From positions 40,251,447 through 40,315,446 of the forward strand of contig NC_068985.1 in NCBI RefSeq assembly GCF_001194135.2: a stretch of 64,000 nucleotides of DNA, given 5' to 3'. How positions within the stretch are numbered: position 1 is the first letter of the stretch; each line of letters starts with the position of its first letter. The notes beneath the pieces are model-generated. The model had not been told where the DNA came from. It searched no databases and worked only from the letters and a program-made list of their open reading frames with translations. Source of the stretch: Octopus bimaculoides (taxonomy: Eukaryota). Below are positions 49,925-63,949 of this stretch, in pieces. A program made the position numbers and the translations under genes.

Positions 49925-51640
49925 CTATTTAAATATACAATAATGAGTAATTTATATCAGTAAGATAAATTCTTTTTTTTTTCAGATTAAATTTACGATA
50001 TAACAGAGCTGAAATGATAGGCAATTAAAATATTAAAATTGTTATCTACAAATTTTTTTTGCAACAGCCAAGGAAATGTTAAAATCATTATATATATACA
50101 CACATACACACAAATGTAACCAGGAACAATAAACACAAAGTAATAACTGATTGAAGCTTCACCATTCAGCAAAAAGTTTGCTTCCTAACCACATATTTTT
50201 ATTTGAATACCCATAATAAATGTTACAAGTTATAAATTTGGAAATTTTTGTTATAAAAAAAACCAACAGTAAGTTTAAGAATTACTGCTTGTAACTGTCA
50301 GTAAGAATGGAAGGTGTGTGACAAAATTTTCTTCAAATCTTCTTTATTTAAAAGTCAATCTTATTTTAATTATGTATATTCAAATTTTATTTCAAAGTAC
50401 TGGATTATAAGATTTTTTTTTTCATGTTTCTATTTTATATAAATAATTTTTTGTAGTCGAGTGAGTTTTTAAAAATAAAGATTATTTGCTGATCAAATAG
50501 AAATTGTTTGTAAGTTTTTTAAAAAAAACATCGTTAACCAGATGAATTAAACTGCTGAGAGAGAAAACTACATATACAGAGTGAAACTTGAGAACTTACT
50601 ACTGTTTAGCCCAGGTCAACTCACTAAAAAATGAATGAATATGAATAAATGAATGAACAAATAAATGAACAGATTCAGGTGCTTGAATATGAGGGGGAAG
50701 GGAAGGCCTTTTTATAGTAGCTCACCAACCACCTATTGATGTCTAATTGTGAACTGCTTATTCTACCCAGTAGAGTTAGGAAGAAATACTAGTGATATTG
50801 TTTTAGCTTGGGACCTTTGGAAATCAGAATGTTGAAAATTGGTCAACTACAGAAATAAAAACATGCAAACAACATTTGTTTGTTTTCAAGTAATCATAAT
50901 CCAGATGACAGTAATTTTGACATGCTTTTTTACAATGTTTATACACATGGAGTAGTTTTCTTTTGTGCATATGGATAATTTACATATTTGCATACATTGG
51001 CACAATTATTTTATGCATACATTGGTACAATTATTTATGGACATATGGAAGGCTTGTCTACCATTAAGCATTCAAATGGCAGTTTTTCCCAATCAGGAAC
51101 ACTGAAACAGAACACTTTTTACATGGAGATAGTAAAAAGAGATTCAAAGTCTTTAGCATTCAGATTACTCTATCAAATGTAATGCTTATTTATTCACATT
51201 ATTTTGAATTAATCATGCATTACATCACAGCATTGAGATCTCAATGATGTGATACTTTAGTTTAGAATGACAAGGGTAAGAGGCCAGAACCAGTCAGCTT
51301 GAGCAAACAGACAGAATATTTGGGCTGGACATGGCCAGTTTAAATGCTAACAGGTTAATGATAACTTTTACCAATAAGTTTGGTATAAATGGTCCTATCG
51401 TAGTCCATTGTTCTTAGCAAAGAGAAAAGTCTTCAGTTTCTATACAAAGTTTGAAATAGTTAAAAATTCTCAGTATTTAGTCTGTTTTTATGTTCTGAGT
51501 TCAAATTCCGCCAAGGTGGACTTTACCTTTCATCCTTTCGAGGCCAATAAACTAAGCACCAGTTGCGTACTGGGGTCGATATAATCAACTGGCCCACTCC
51601 TAGAAAATTCTGGGCCTTGTGCCTAGAGCAGAAAAGAATA

Positions 51641-51844
51641 TTCTTTTACTTGTTTCAGTCACTTTTGGCTGCAGCCATGCTGGAGCACTGCCTTGAAGGA
51701 TTTTACTTGAGCAAGTCAACCCCAGGACTTTTTTATTTAAAGCCTAGTACTTATTCTATCATTCTCTTTTGCCAAACTGCTAATTTACAGGAACATAAAC
51801 ACACCAACACTGGTTGCCAAGCAGCGATAGGGGGACAAACACAG

Positions 51845-51877
<33 letters not shown>

Positions 51878-51887
51878 NNNNNNNNNN

Positions 51888-51926
<39 letters not shown>

Positions 51927-52075
51927 CGATGGGCTTCTTTTAAGTTCCCACAACCAAATCTACTCACAAGGCTTTAGTCGGGCTGAGGCTAAAATAGTAG
52001 AAAACATTTGTCCAAGATGTCACACAGTGGGACTGAACCTGGAACCATGTGGTTGAGAAGCAAGCTTCTTATTAC
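51641..52075 (-). mobile_element. tRNA-derived SINE family A, full-length copy spanning a small N gap in its internal microsatellite
   Basis: Head AACCACATGGTTCCAGGTTCAGTCCCACTG, body CCTTGTGAGTAGATTTGG...GAAGCCCATCGT, (TA)n(TG)n, tail GCATGGCTGCAGCC...GACTGAAACAAGTAAAAGA. Confidence 0.85.
51878..51887. other. Assembly gap within the (TA)n of a SINE
   Basis: 10 N. Confidence 0.99.
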
Positions 52076-53080
52076 ATGCCATGCCTATCACTTGCCTATA
52101 TTGACTAACTAATAAGAAGGACAAACTTCTTTTCTAGAGAAAAATCCACAAAAATAATGTATGAATAATTCCATTTTTGGTCTTTGAATCTTCTAGAGAT
52201 TTCTGGCTAGAAAAGGAATTTGCTGAAAATGAATATTGGGATATTATAACAGAATTAAGGAATTTCCTGATTTTTGCATAATTTCAGAGAGAGATATATA
52301 TTTTTGCCTTTTACTCTTCCCAACTGGCATCCCAAATTTCTTCTTTCTCCAAAATACCAATAAATTTTCAGCCTTTTTAACTTCAATAGATTTGTAATAG
52401 CTTTAATGATACTTAAATTTTGTTCTTGTTTACTACCCTTTTAATTCCATCTGGCAGTTATTAATTTGTCAGAGACTTCGTCTGCCAAATTTCCAGAAAT
52501 AAACTGAATAATATGGAGTTCATTAACATACTCAAACATAAAAATATTTCTTTTTACTGATTCCCTTAGTGCCAAAATTGTTGAAATGCAAATAGATAAA
52601 TTTAACATCTCCATGTAGACTGCTAAACATTACTTTAATGTTTAATCAGAAATAATGTTATCAGGGTAGATTTAGTTTGACTCAGAATATTGCATAAATC
52701 ATTTTAGAAAAGTAGCAACAGAAGAGAGAGAGACACACACACACAGTCAATCACTGTCATCACTGGAAACAGAAAGATAAACCAATGAAGGAGCTAGAAT
52801 GGAGTAGCTCACACAACCAGCTTCTCTTTACTCTGGCTCTTCAAACACTAACACAATGGTTTCTGTTTCTCAGAGCAAACTAGTTGCAATACCACCTCTA
52901 CCTAAGCCCTATCTGCACACACTTGTCCCTACATTTCTCACACCCGTATAGTGAATACCACCCTAATAGCTCTATGTTAATCATTATGCCCAATCTTTCT
53001 TTCACAGAATGCAGAGCTTCTGAAAACCCCTTCCACGCATGTTTTTCCGACAGTGTTAAATTCAAAATGTTTAATCATCA

Positions 53081-53125
<45 letters not shown>

Positions 53126-54189
53126 GTGCGCACACGTGCATGTGTGTGTTCATGCATGCATGTGTGTGTGTGAAACAACTGTCCAAATATTAGTTGTTAT
53201 TGTCACAATGTTTTAGTTGTAACCTGCCATATTTAGTAACACTCATGGTATAGCATGCTGAACCTTTTACTATATTCGTAGAAGTAGATTGTTTTCATTC
53301 TGTTGTCCATACCAGAGATATTCTCTTGCTCTTACTTGTGATGTCACTTCTTTGTTCTTCTTGAACCAAAGCAATATTGCTTGACTGACCCAGGGATTGC
53401 ACTCATAACTATCAGCCAAACTACTACACTTAACATGTAGCACTTGTATTTACTATTGCACTATTTTGTAGAACAGTTAGGCAATGGAGATTACAAACTT
53501 TAAACTCAACATATTTTATTGTACTATGTTTAATGTTCTGTTTTTTATTTTGTCAATTAAAGGTTCCCATATCATGTTGTTCTATGCTAGACCTACTGAG
53601 AAGATTATCAAAGCCCAATGTATGCACTGATACTTTCAGAAAGTTAATGCACCATTTCATTGCTATTTGTGAATAATATACTAATTTCGTGCTGTATTTA
53701 TCATTTTTATTTAATATAGTATTTAGTAACATCTTTTTCTGATCAGGATTCAAATTCCTCTGAAGTCAATTTTGAATTTTATCCTTTGAGAGTCATAAAT
53801 ATATGTCAAGATTTGAAGTTGATTTAAATGAGTCTACCCTCTCTCAAAATGTATGGGTTTTATATCTGTATTAGAAATTATTATCATCATTAGTATTGTT
53901 ATTAATAGTGCAGCTTTTATGTACCTTAAAAGGGTATCTGTGATCTAACTAGTTACATATCCCTCCATGCTTCAACTACAGAGCTCACTTTCTGAATGAT
54001 TCCATTCCAGAGCTCTGCAGCTCTCCTGGATTTCTTCTCCACTCACATTTTCCCTAAAGAAGCCAAACTGCAGACATTCAAACTGAATATCAACAGTATC
54101 AATCTCACTTTACAAGGTAGGACTGCAACAGGTCTTGGACACTGCAGTTGCTGCTGCTGCTCCTCCCCCTCCCCTAACTAATGTTAAAA

Positions 54190-54795
54190 GGGGAGGATAG
54201 CAGAGTCAGTAGAGCACTGGACAAAATGCCATACAGTGTATTTAGCAGGTGATGAATTGACAGAGTCCTCAGATTGTCAGACAAAATGTTTTGCAGTATT
54301 CATTCTGGCTCTCTACACTCTGGGTTCAAATCCCACAGCAGTCAACTTTGCTTTTTATTTATATATTTATTTTTTATCATGGCAGTGATAAAGTACCAAT
54401 CCAAGATGGTAGAGTATTGGGATTGTTAGGGTGCCTGATGAGATGTATTATGGTATCTGTTCTATCTCTTTGCATTCTAAGTATAAATTCAGCTTAAATG
54501 TTAATGACCAATACTAATCACCCAACCCACAATTAGATAGTTTGGACAAGTAAGCCTATAACCAACTTAGATAAGCCAGCAACAGCATGCTGAGGCATCA
54601 TCAAGCAGTGAAAACACAGCCACTAAATAGAGTGACACTTTATTCTGAGTTCAAATGCTGCCAGGGTCTAATCTGCCTTTTATCCTTCCAAAGCTGGTAA
54701 AAAAAAAATTTACCGGTCAAGTTCTAGTATCAATTAAATCAACTGTGCCCTTCCCTAAACAATTTGTGGCTTTATGCCAAAGTTAGAAACCATTA
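54190..54795 (+). mobile_element. Cluster of 3-4 SINE family B copies/fragments
   Basis: Repeated CAAAATG...TCTGGGTTCAAATCCC...CAACTTTGCTTTT blocks, collinear with the 31803 copy. Confidence 0.65.
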
Positions 54796-55403
54796 TACTT
54801 ATTGTTATTATTATAACATGCTTCACAGAAGTTTTTATACTTCTATTGTATTTTATCTTATTGCTATTAATTACAAGTGTTTTAAATACTTTTACTGTTC
54901 TAATCATAATAATAACAAGTATTTCTAATCTATATTTGGCATCCTTCACTTATCAAATACTTTTGTCATTCACTCTTCTCTATTCACATTAAGGAAATAG
55001 AAAGATGGATAGAGAGAGAGGGAGATAGAAAGAGAACAAGACAAATATGCAGAAATAAGTCTCCCATCTAGCTAGTGTGTATATATTTTGATTCAGTCAA
55101 AACCCAAACAGGTTTAAGTCATAAAACGAACAATCCGGAAATGAGTAAAAGTTGTTGGTCAATGACAACCCATCTATATCATCTCCCACTCATATCTTTC
55201 AGACATACCAAATATATTGGGATGTGTTTGTTCTGCAATTAATGCCCATCCACTCCTGTTCTTACAGTTCCATGGCCACATGTGTGCACACACGTGTGCA
55301 TGTGAAAGGGGAGGAGAGTTGAATATAAACCTAGATTACAGAAACCTCTCTTTCTAGAACCAAATCAATAAGAGAATAACAGGGCAACAAACACAAAATA
55401 ATT

Positions 55404-55570
55404 ATGCTGATGGTGATGGCAGCGGCAAAGAAGATGATTATTAGAGCAAGGCCGATAATGGTGATAATAGTGATGATGTCAAAACCAGTGATTATGATGA
55501 TGGTTGCAGTGTTAATGAGGACGGTGGTGGTGGTGGTGGTGGTGGTGGTAGAGGCAATGATGATGAAAAA
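55404..55570. repeat. Degenerate (GAT/GGT)n trinucleotide tract
   Basis: GATGGTGATGGCAG...GGTGGTGGTGGT...GATGATG. Source of spurious ORF 55404..55598. Confidence 0.8.
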
Positions 55571-56159
55571 TAACCATAAAATAATTGGTTTATACTAAAT
55601 AAAACGATATATTAATTACCAATTATTGCATTCTTATCATTATAGCAGTGCTAATCTCACAAACTTACTCTTGTTTATTTTATTGTTTTTGCTTCTTTTG
55701 CTTTTGTTTTTAATAATATATAGCATAATTTTCAGTAAAGTAATTGTATAATTAAGTCATTCTGATATATGACCAAAATATACACAGTGGAACAAAATGT
55801 AACACAATAATGCTTAACTATTACAATAGAGAATCAAACTTCATTGTATATGTGTAGTTTTCATATATTTTTATATGTATATTATGCACAACAATACACA
55901 CACACTTATATATCATATCTCAAAATTATTTTTCCTGACTTTTAACATGCATTCTGCAAGTGCCAGATCAACAGTGCCTCTATTGATCCAGCAGTCCTAA
56001 TGGAATCTGGCATGATGCACACTTATCCATTCCTTTCTACTCTTACTCACAACTATATATATAACAATAATATAATAATATAATTCCTGCTAGTATGAAA
56101 GGTAAACATTAATGTTATGAAGTTTATTTTGTTATTTTTATCTAGAAAGGGATAATTAA

Positions 56160-56450
56160 TGTGTGGCTACATGTGTATATGTGTGTGTGTACATATGTGA
56201 AAATGAGTTTGCAGTGTATATGTGTGCATTTGCAAGTGTATATATGTACATTTGCATGTATGTTTATATGTGTGTGTTTGCATGTGTATATGTATGACTT
56301 TGCATATGTATATGTTTGCATGTATATGTCTGTTTGCATGTGTATATGTGTGTTTCCATGTGTATATATGTGTATCTGCATATGTATATGTGTGTTTTTG
56401 CATGTGTATGTATGTGTGTTTACATATGCATACATGTGTGTTTACCTGTG
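56160..56450. repeat. Degenerate (TG/TA) repeat with recurring TTTGCATGTGTATA unit
   Basis: Directly visible. Source of spurious ORFs 56142-56494. Confidence 0.85.
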
Positions 56451-57268
56451 GGAGGGGGGATCATAAATCAGTGAAACAGAATAGAATTTTATAACAATAA
56501 TAATAATTTAAAAGTATGAAACTTTCCATAAATACAAAATTTTTACAAGGACCTGAAATAAAAACAAACATGAAATTTTATAAAAATGAATAAGAGTGCA
56601 GATAACTATGTATATGTGTCTTGTACTTTTTCGATTTCATGTTGATTTTTGTTTTTAGAATAAAAAAAAACCATGCAAGCTGAAGCTGTCAATGAAAACT
56701 GCTGAAGTTTTAAGATTATCTCATATAAAATTACCTTATTAACTACCTAAGAGATTTAACCATGCATTGGCTAGATTTAAATGAGAAAGACAGAGATGTA
56801 TAGAAAGTGAGAGAAGATACAAAGAAAGAGAAAAGTGTAGAGAGAGAGAGAGAGAGAGAGAGGATATTGAGAAAAAGAAACAGTGGAATACAGAAAAAGA
56901 TGATTAAACTAGAAAAAACATAATACTCATTTAGCTTTAGCATAAATAATAAATCATGCAGAATATTACAATATGTGCACGTGTGTATGTGTGTGTGCAC
57001 ACGCGAACATGTTTGTAAATATAAGACATGCGGAAAAAGAAACTCTCACACACACACGCACACACACAAACATATTTATACAGAGTAAAGAAGTCATTGG
57101 TATAGTATACCCATGCACAGAAGTAGTTTCTGCAAAGAACATTCTAACACTATACTACATCTCAGGCAAATGATATAGCAAAGTTCTAGAGGGATATTTG
57201 ACAGAAAATTGATGTGTATTGCAAGCATTAGTGAATAAATTCCATGAACATAGTGTATGTACAGCTAC

Positions 57269-57853
57269 CTGGTAAAGCTGGACTACTGGGCACATAAGTT
57301 GCTGCTGTGACTGGCGATTGCTGTTTATATAACACATTGATTGGAACACCTTTTCCTTTTGATGCTGACTTGCTATCACTCTCACTGGTGTGTTGCAGAA
57401 CAGGATTCTGTGCAGTTTGCGAAGATGGTGAAGTGGTGACAGTAGGTGGATCTGAAGTCAGAGCTAGGCTAGGTGATTGTCGTATTGATGACTTCAAAGG
57501 TTTTATAGTTGGAAGGGTAAAAGCTAAATCAGAATAGTCAAGATGGTTGCCAAACTGGTAATCTGTTTGTCTATCATCAGTTTTTGACTTGGATTTTGGT
57601 AGTTTACTTAAAGTTGAAGATGTGTACACTGAAGAAGTAAATGTTACAGGTGGTTTCTGGCTGGTGTAAGACAAGGAACCAACACCCTTGCCTTTGCTCT
57701 CAGTTTTCTGTCTGGTGAACATCATGGAAGAGGGCTGAGATTCGTTTAATTTGTCATCACTTAAACTGGATTCTAGTACAACTGATTCGTAAGAAGGAGG
57801 TTTAGGAAAATAAGGTTGTCCAGAAAAATCAACTGGTTTACCAATATCTGCAT
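57269..57853 (-). CDS. SORBS/CAP: SORBS/CAP-family gene, internal coding exon (585 nt, phase 1-1), Ser/Thr/Pro-rich linker
   Basis: Acceptor ttttaatttttgattag|AT and donor CCAG|gtagct. Open frame (D)ADIGKPVDFSGQPYFPKPPSYESV...VPSSPALP extends track ORF 57228..57725 upstream. 195 codons; joins exon 49924 in frame. Confidence 0.86.
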
Positions 57854-59094
57854 CTAATCAAAAATTAAAAATTAAATTTTACCTGAATTTCACCTGAATA
57901 ATAAAATTGGGATTTCAAATTTTTTACACAGTGTATATAATTCGGGAAATGTTAGAAAATTGTTTTTAAAAAAAATCAAGTTACATATTTCCAAATAGTT
58001 GTCCTATTTTTATTTTATGTTTAAATATTTTGTAAATTTCTCTTTTCATGAATTGGTTAATTATTTTAGTTACTATATGATAAATAAATTATTCTAAAAT
58101 ATATATTTTGAGTCATTTTAAAAATAATAATTTCAAAAGTTTACTTCATTTTTTTTTTTCTTCTTATTGATCAGATTCAATAATTCTATTTTAGTAATGG
58201 CCAGCATATTATTACTCAACAATAAAGTTAAAGTTAAAACCCAACACCATCACAAATAGCCACAGAAGCATGCACCCACTTAACACTTCAATGTTCATAA
58301 CTAGTTCACACACTGGTAAAATATGAAGAAATATATAAATAAATAAATTGTTATTTGGTTTTTTTTTTTTGTATGAAACAGCAAGCACAAAAAAATATCT
58401 AAATTTAGATCTGATATTTGGATTAATAAAGATTAGTCAAATGAAAATAAATCATTATAGAGTAGTGTATATGGATGTACAGTATGTTTAGGTACACATT
58501 TTATTATGTATCAAGAGAAATAAGAATCACTCACACATACATACATGCTTCCTTGTTCTACTCTTTGGATCAACATAATTGTGCATTTGTTCCTTATTAC
58601 TAATTATTGTATGGTTGAATATATGCAGACTCTCTCTCTCTCTCTCTCTCTCTGATTTTTTTTAGGAAACATCTAAACTGACTAAATGCAATTTTTCATA
58701 TCTCTTTATGTTTAGTTTAATTATGTATTCTCTCTTTCACACACACACTCACTCACTCATGTGCATGTACATACTCACATGCATCAACTTTTGACTTGGT
58801 CAAAACCATTTCATTGGCTGAAGCTGTTATTTGTCTTTTTATTAGAACTATAAAGAAAATAATTACATGTTTGCCCCTAAGTAACAAGAGATAAGGGTTT
58901 TTAAAGCAAATCTTCTGCTAATCCCACTACTAAATAGTCATTTCTGCTGGCAACTCTGCTAGAAGTTCACAAATACTCAAGATATCTGACATTTGAAGCT
59001 TATTCCACAATAGTTTATACTTCTATGTATCAGGTTAGGAGAGAGAGAACTCAATCCACGAGTATATATATTTTTTTCATTTTATTAATCGGAA

Positions 59095-60930
59095 ATAGGG
59101 CAGCAAACAGGCAGAATCATTTAACAAAGCCAACAAAATGCTTAGTAGCATTTCTTTTGACACCTTACATATTGAGTTCAAATCTAGCTGAGGGTGACTT
59201 TGCCTTTCATCTTTCTGGAGTCAATAAACTAAAGTACCACTTGAGTACTGGGGTCAATCAAATTGACTTACTCATCTCCTCAAAATTGCTGGCCTTGTAC
59301 TTGTAGTAGAAAGGATTATTTCCTAAGGTGTCAAGCAAGCAGAATCATTAGCACACTGGACAAAATGCTTATTGACATGTCTTCTGGTTTCACATTCTGA
59401 GTTCAAAAGCTGTAGAAGCCAACTTTGCCTTTCATCCTTTTGGAGATTAATAAAATCAAGTAGCAGCCAGATCCTTGGACTGATGTAATTGACTAACCCA
59501 CACCCCAATTGCTAGCCTTATGCCAAAATTTGAAACAGTTATTAACCCTTTTGATACCAACCAGCCTGAGATTGTTCCAGGTCCTATGGTATAAGCTTAC
59601 TATTCTAAAGTGGGTCTAAATTATAATCGTCCATTAAAATTTTATACTAAAATTTATTCCAGAGCTTAGTTTAATAATGGGAAAGTTATTTTACTAAATT
59701 CTTCATTATTTTAAAAACTAACTGAAACAAAGACAGCATATGTTGACAGAAATATGCTAACAAAATGATTAATCAGTCAGAAGTTATAAAAGTGACTCAG
59801 AAGTTGACAGTTTTGTGAAGGGCTATCAAATTCTTTTCATGAATCAGTTATATAATTATTTTGCCAATTAAAAATTTAAAAGAAAATACTTCTATTAATA
59901 AAAATCAATCAATAAAACTATATAACTGAATATCTACTCAACTGTCTACTCTTTTATCAACCTTTGTAACTATCACCACCTGTTTACATATCTACGCGTA
60001 TTGTTTACAATGTTTTGATGATGTTAAGAATTTTAAGTTAGCAGAAGTGATAGAACACAAACTAGAATACCTTGAGGCATTTTTTCCAGCTTTCTGGGTT
60101 CTGATTTCAAATCCTGCTGAAGCAAACTTTGCCTTTCGTCCTCCAGAGGCTGGTAAAATAAAGCCCTAGTCAAGATCTGGAAGGGACTATTTGATATGAG
60201 CAACTAAACATTTCCTCCAAATTTCTTGCCTTGTGCTTATGTTAATAATCGTTGTTATTAAGGCAGTGAACTAAGAGAATCGATAGCATGCCAGGCAAAA
60301 TGCTTAGCAGCTTTTTGTCCATCTTTAGGGTTTCATTCAAATTTCACCACAGTCAACTTTGCTTTTAATCTTTTGAGGTTGATGAAATAAGTATCATTGA
60401 GTACTGGGGTTGATGTAATCGACTAGCCTCCTCCCTCATAATTTCAGGCTTTGTGCCTGTAGCAGAAAGGATTATTAATATTATTATTATTATTATTTTA
60501 TATCAAGGTGATGAGCTGGAAGAATCAATAGTGTATCAGATAAAAATGCTTCATGGATTTCTTCCAGTTCTTTATGTTCCTAGTTAAATCCCACCAAAGC
60601 CGACTTTGCTGTTTATCCTTTTGGGACAATAAAATATGTACCAGTTGAGCACTGGAGTTAATGTAATTGATTGTCCCATACCATCAAAATTGCTGGCCTA
60701 ATATTAAAATTATAAAAAGTTACTACTACTACAGCTACTTTTACTGTTCATAAGAGTGGCAAAGGTAAAGAAGCATCAAATTAGATACTTTACAGTATTT
60801 AGCTATCTCCCACCTCATTCTAAATTCAAATCCTGCAAAGGTTAATAACTCTGCCCTTTGATCTCTTTGGAATCAATAAAATAAGTAAGGACCAGTCAAG
60901 TACGGAAGATCAAATCAATAAGCCATATAT
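59095..60930 (+). mobile_element. Head-to-tail array of six SINE family B copies with an inserted piggyBac-like MITE
   Basis: Units begin at about 59095, 59325, 60030, 60258, 60503 and 60750; most end in (ATT)n or similar AT-rich spacers. TTAA-CCCTTTTGATACC element at 59546-59768 with a degenerate right end. Confidence 0.8.
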
Positions 60931-63900
60931 TTTTCTTTAAAATGTGTGTTTTCATTCCAAAATTAGAAGTCATTATTATTTTCTTTTTAATACCAGAATA
61001 CAAAGAAGAAATTGCAACCAAGATATAAAAGTTTCCAGTAACCATAATGTGAATGCTTTTTCATGTCAATTTCTTTATCTGTTCCATGGCATGCAGCATA
61101 TTGGTCCATCCGTAGCTGACAGTCCCTTGTAATGAACAACATGAGAAGAAGCTGCTAACCTCAATCATTCTTGGGAGTACTGTAAGAGGACCCCATAAAC
61201 CTCTCACAGTGCAGCATACTCACATAAGAGAGAGAGAGAGAGAGAGAGAAAGAATTGACCCAGTACTTGACTGGTACTTTATCAACTCATAAGGGATGAA
61301 TAGTAAAGTTTATTTTGGCAGGATATTTATTCAGAATGTAATGAGCCAAAACATTTACCACAAAATGTGTGTCAAATGGTATAACCTTCTACCAATTAAC
61401 TGCTTTCTTGTGAATGTTATACTATTTAAAATGGTTCTTTGACCTCACTCAGAATGTTAAAAGTAATAATGCAATATAACCAGTACTTAAGACTAGTAAT
61501 TGGTGGTGCATGTATTAAGTAACTCTTTGTAGTTTCTGTTGGTTTAACTATTGCAGGCTGAATTTACTATTAAGTAGCTTTATGAGTGTCGATTTGCATA
61601 GCCAATACACATTATGCCTAAGTTATTATGCAATCAAGAATGTAAACCAAGAAGGGTAATATTAAGAATTCCACATATAGAAGTATATAAATACAGTATA
61701 CATAAATATTTAGGATTCCATTAAACTTTTTTGGACAGTAATATAGTTTTGAAATTGATTTGTCAGAAGATGGAAATATCTCAATAGAATTATTCTATTA
61801 CTAAAACAGCATTGTTTAAAAACTACATTCTCAAATACTGAATGTAAACATAAATAAAATAGAAGCAGAAACGACAAGACAGTTTTAAAATTCTTTTTGT
61901 TTATACTCTTAGAACACAACATCCATATTTACACTGAATACATAAATTTTTTTTTAACGAAATACAATAATTTTTCAGTGATTTAGTCAGAGAAGAAAGA
62001 ATAATACTCGCACCCTTCACAGGAACTCTAAAATTGGAAGGGGAAAAGGAAGGAAGAAAACAAGGTATGGGATGCTTCAGTAGGAAGCAAAGCATCAAGA
62101 TATTAAGTTATCTTCAGACCAGAGACCTTGCCTGAATGTTTGCAATGAGTGGACCAACTAACAATCAGCTGGTGGTGTTGAACTGAGTGACAGATTTGGT
62201 GACTCAGCTTATTTGAGAAACCTGAGTGAAGGAAGTCAGCAAATGGATAATTAGGATACGACTTGAATAACTAAATTCCTTCGCTCAACATGTAAAAACT
62301 GCTTGTAGTACAGAATTCTTTATAAAGTTATGTTGCTATTTTTGTGGTAGTAAGGTAATGTCCAAAGGTCTCACTTGTTAGAGCAATAGTAAAGTGTTCA
62401 ACTATGTAAAAATTGCTGTTAAGGAGACTAGAAGGTCACTGATACAAAATTATTTTTAACCTGCTTAAAGAAATAAAATTACTTGAAGAAAATCTATGTG
62501 CAAAAAATGAGAAGCCCAACGTTTTCATCCTTAAATTTCTGAAGAACATACTAAAAAACAAACAAATGACATTGCTATGTAAGTTCATAAAATGCTACAA
62601 AACAAAAGGCTAACTAAATTAATACAGCATATATTTCACAAGTATTTGATCATTTGCATCAATGTCATAAATTCACTCAAATGAAATTAACTATGGAGTG
62701 CCATACCCATTCAATAAAAAGATATTGATAATACCAAATTGGGAGCAATGTAATTGACTGAAACAGTTGAAGGTGGTGCCCTAACATTGATGCATACTTC
62801 CCAAAGATTAAAACCAGTAAAAGAATAAAATAATATGCTGGCAACAGTAGATTTACTGAATCCTAATTTAAACTAACATAGTGCTCTCAGAAGGAAAAGT
62901 AATATCTAAAAGCCTGTTAGATTCTCATTGAGATGCATGTTGAGAATGGAATCAGCATTAAATAGTATGGGGAGAATATCTTAAGATTTTTAACTATAAG
63001 CAATAATTTAGAAGAATTATAGTTTTCTTAAGAGTGATATTGAAATTATGAGATTGTGATTATATAATACAGTAATATGTGACTCTGAAACACTGTAATA
63101 TGAGAATATATAATATTGTAATTAAGAGAATATGCAAGATTGTGAAAACCCTTCAAAGAGAAAATAAAATACATGTAAAACAGCTTAGGAAATGTGGTGG
63201 TACTATAGAGCAAGAAACAGGATCTAGCAAGCTGAGGCAAAAGCTACTTTGGATTCATGATTTTAAGTCTTTCCCTTCACTTAATCCACCAATGTACATG
63301 AGAAGAACACTAATGTCACACAATCACATTCCCTTTCCTATATGAATTTGTGGTATTGGGTCTATGCAAAAAATTATTATAATAATAAGAGTTGGGTTTC
63401 AAAATAATACTTAATTAGATAGAAGTTAGAATTCAAGGAATTTTAAAACATTTAATTTTGCTGATATAGAAGTACAATTATTTGTTTCCTTCAGTGCGAT
63501 TTTTCTGCCAGTGGAAATATATTTAAATCTCATACCAACTTTGGAAAGAAAAAATAACCTACACCTCTTTTCTATTTTCCCCCAAGATTAATGTCTGCTA
63601 AGCATGTTATTTATTACAGGTCTTATGACTAGTCTCTAAAGTGCACATTCATTCACCAATGGTTGTATATCTTCAATCACATTTTGAATATAATGTATAA
63701 ATATGAATATGCTTAAGGGGAGTGGATACAGCCATTAGTAGAATCTTGAAAAAAATCCTCAGTGATTCCCTCCTTATCTATGATGTAACCATTCAACTAC
63801 TAACCTATAAGAATCCCAAATGAACATTAAACAACACTAAAGAAACCTAATTATTACTGCTCCTTCAACAAGGAAAGCTTAAAATTGTTTTTAATCATCA

Positions 63901-63949
63901 GTCCTCTTCCATCTCAAACAAAAAGGAAACATAATTGACACATATAGAC

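Noticed and set aside
3502-56494. Many ORF-track entries rich in HT/CV/YI/ER/SL or X (e.g. 3502-3793, 10452-11193, 21529-22012, 34504-35163, 36305-36654, 45435-45689, 56142-56494)
   Set aside because: They are translations of dinucleotide microsatellites or N gaps, with no coding signal.
62014-62027. 14-nt microexon candidate (R)VPVK after a very strong pyrimidine tract on minus
   Set aside because: The donor gtgcga is weak, and the upstream phase-2 partner exon is not in the window, so it cannot be tested.
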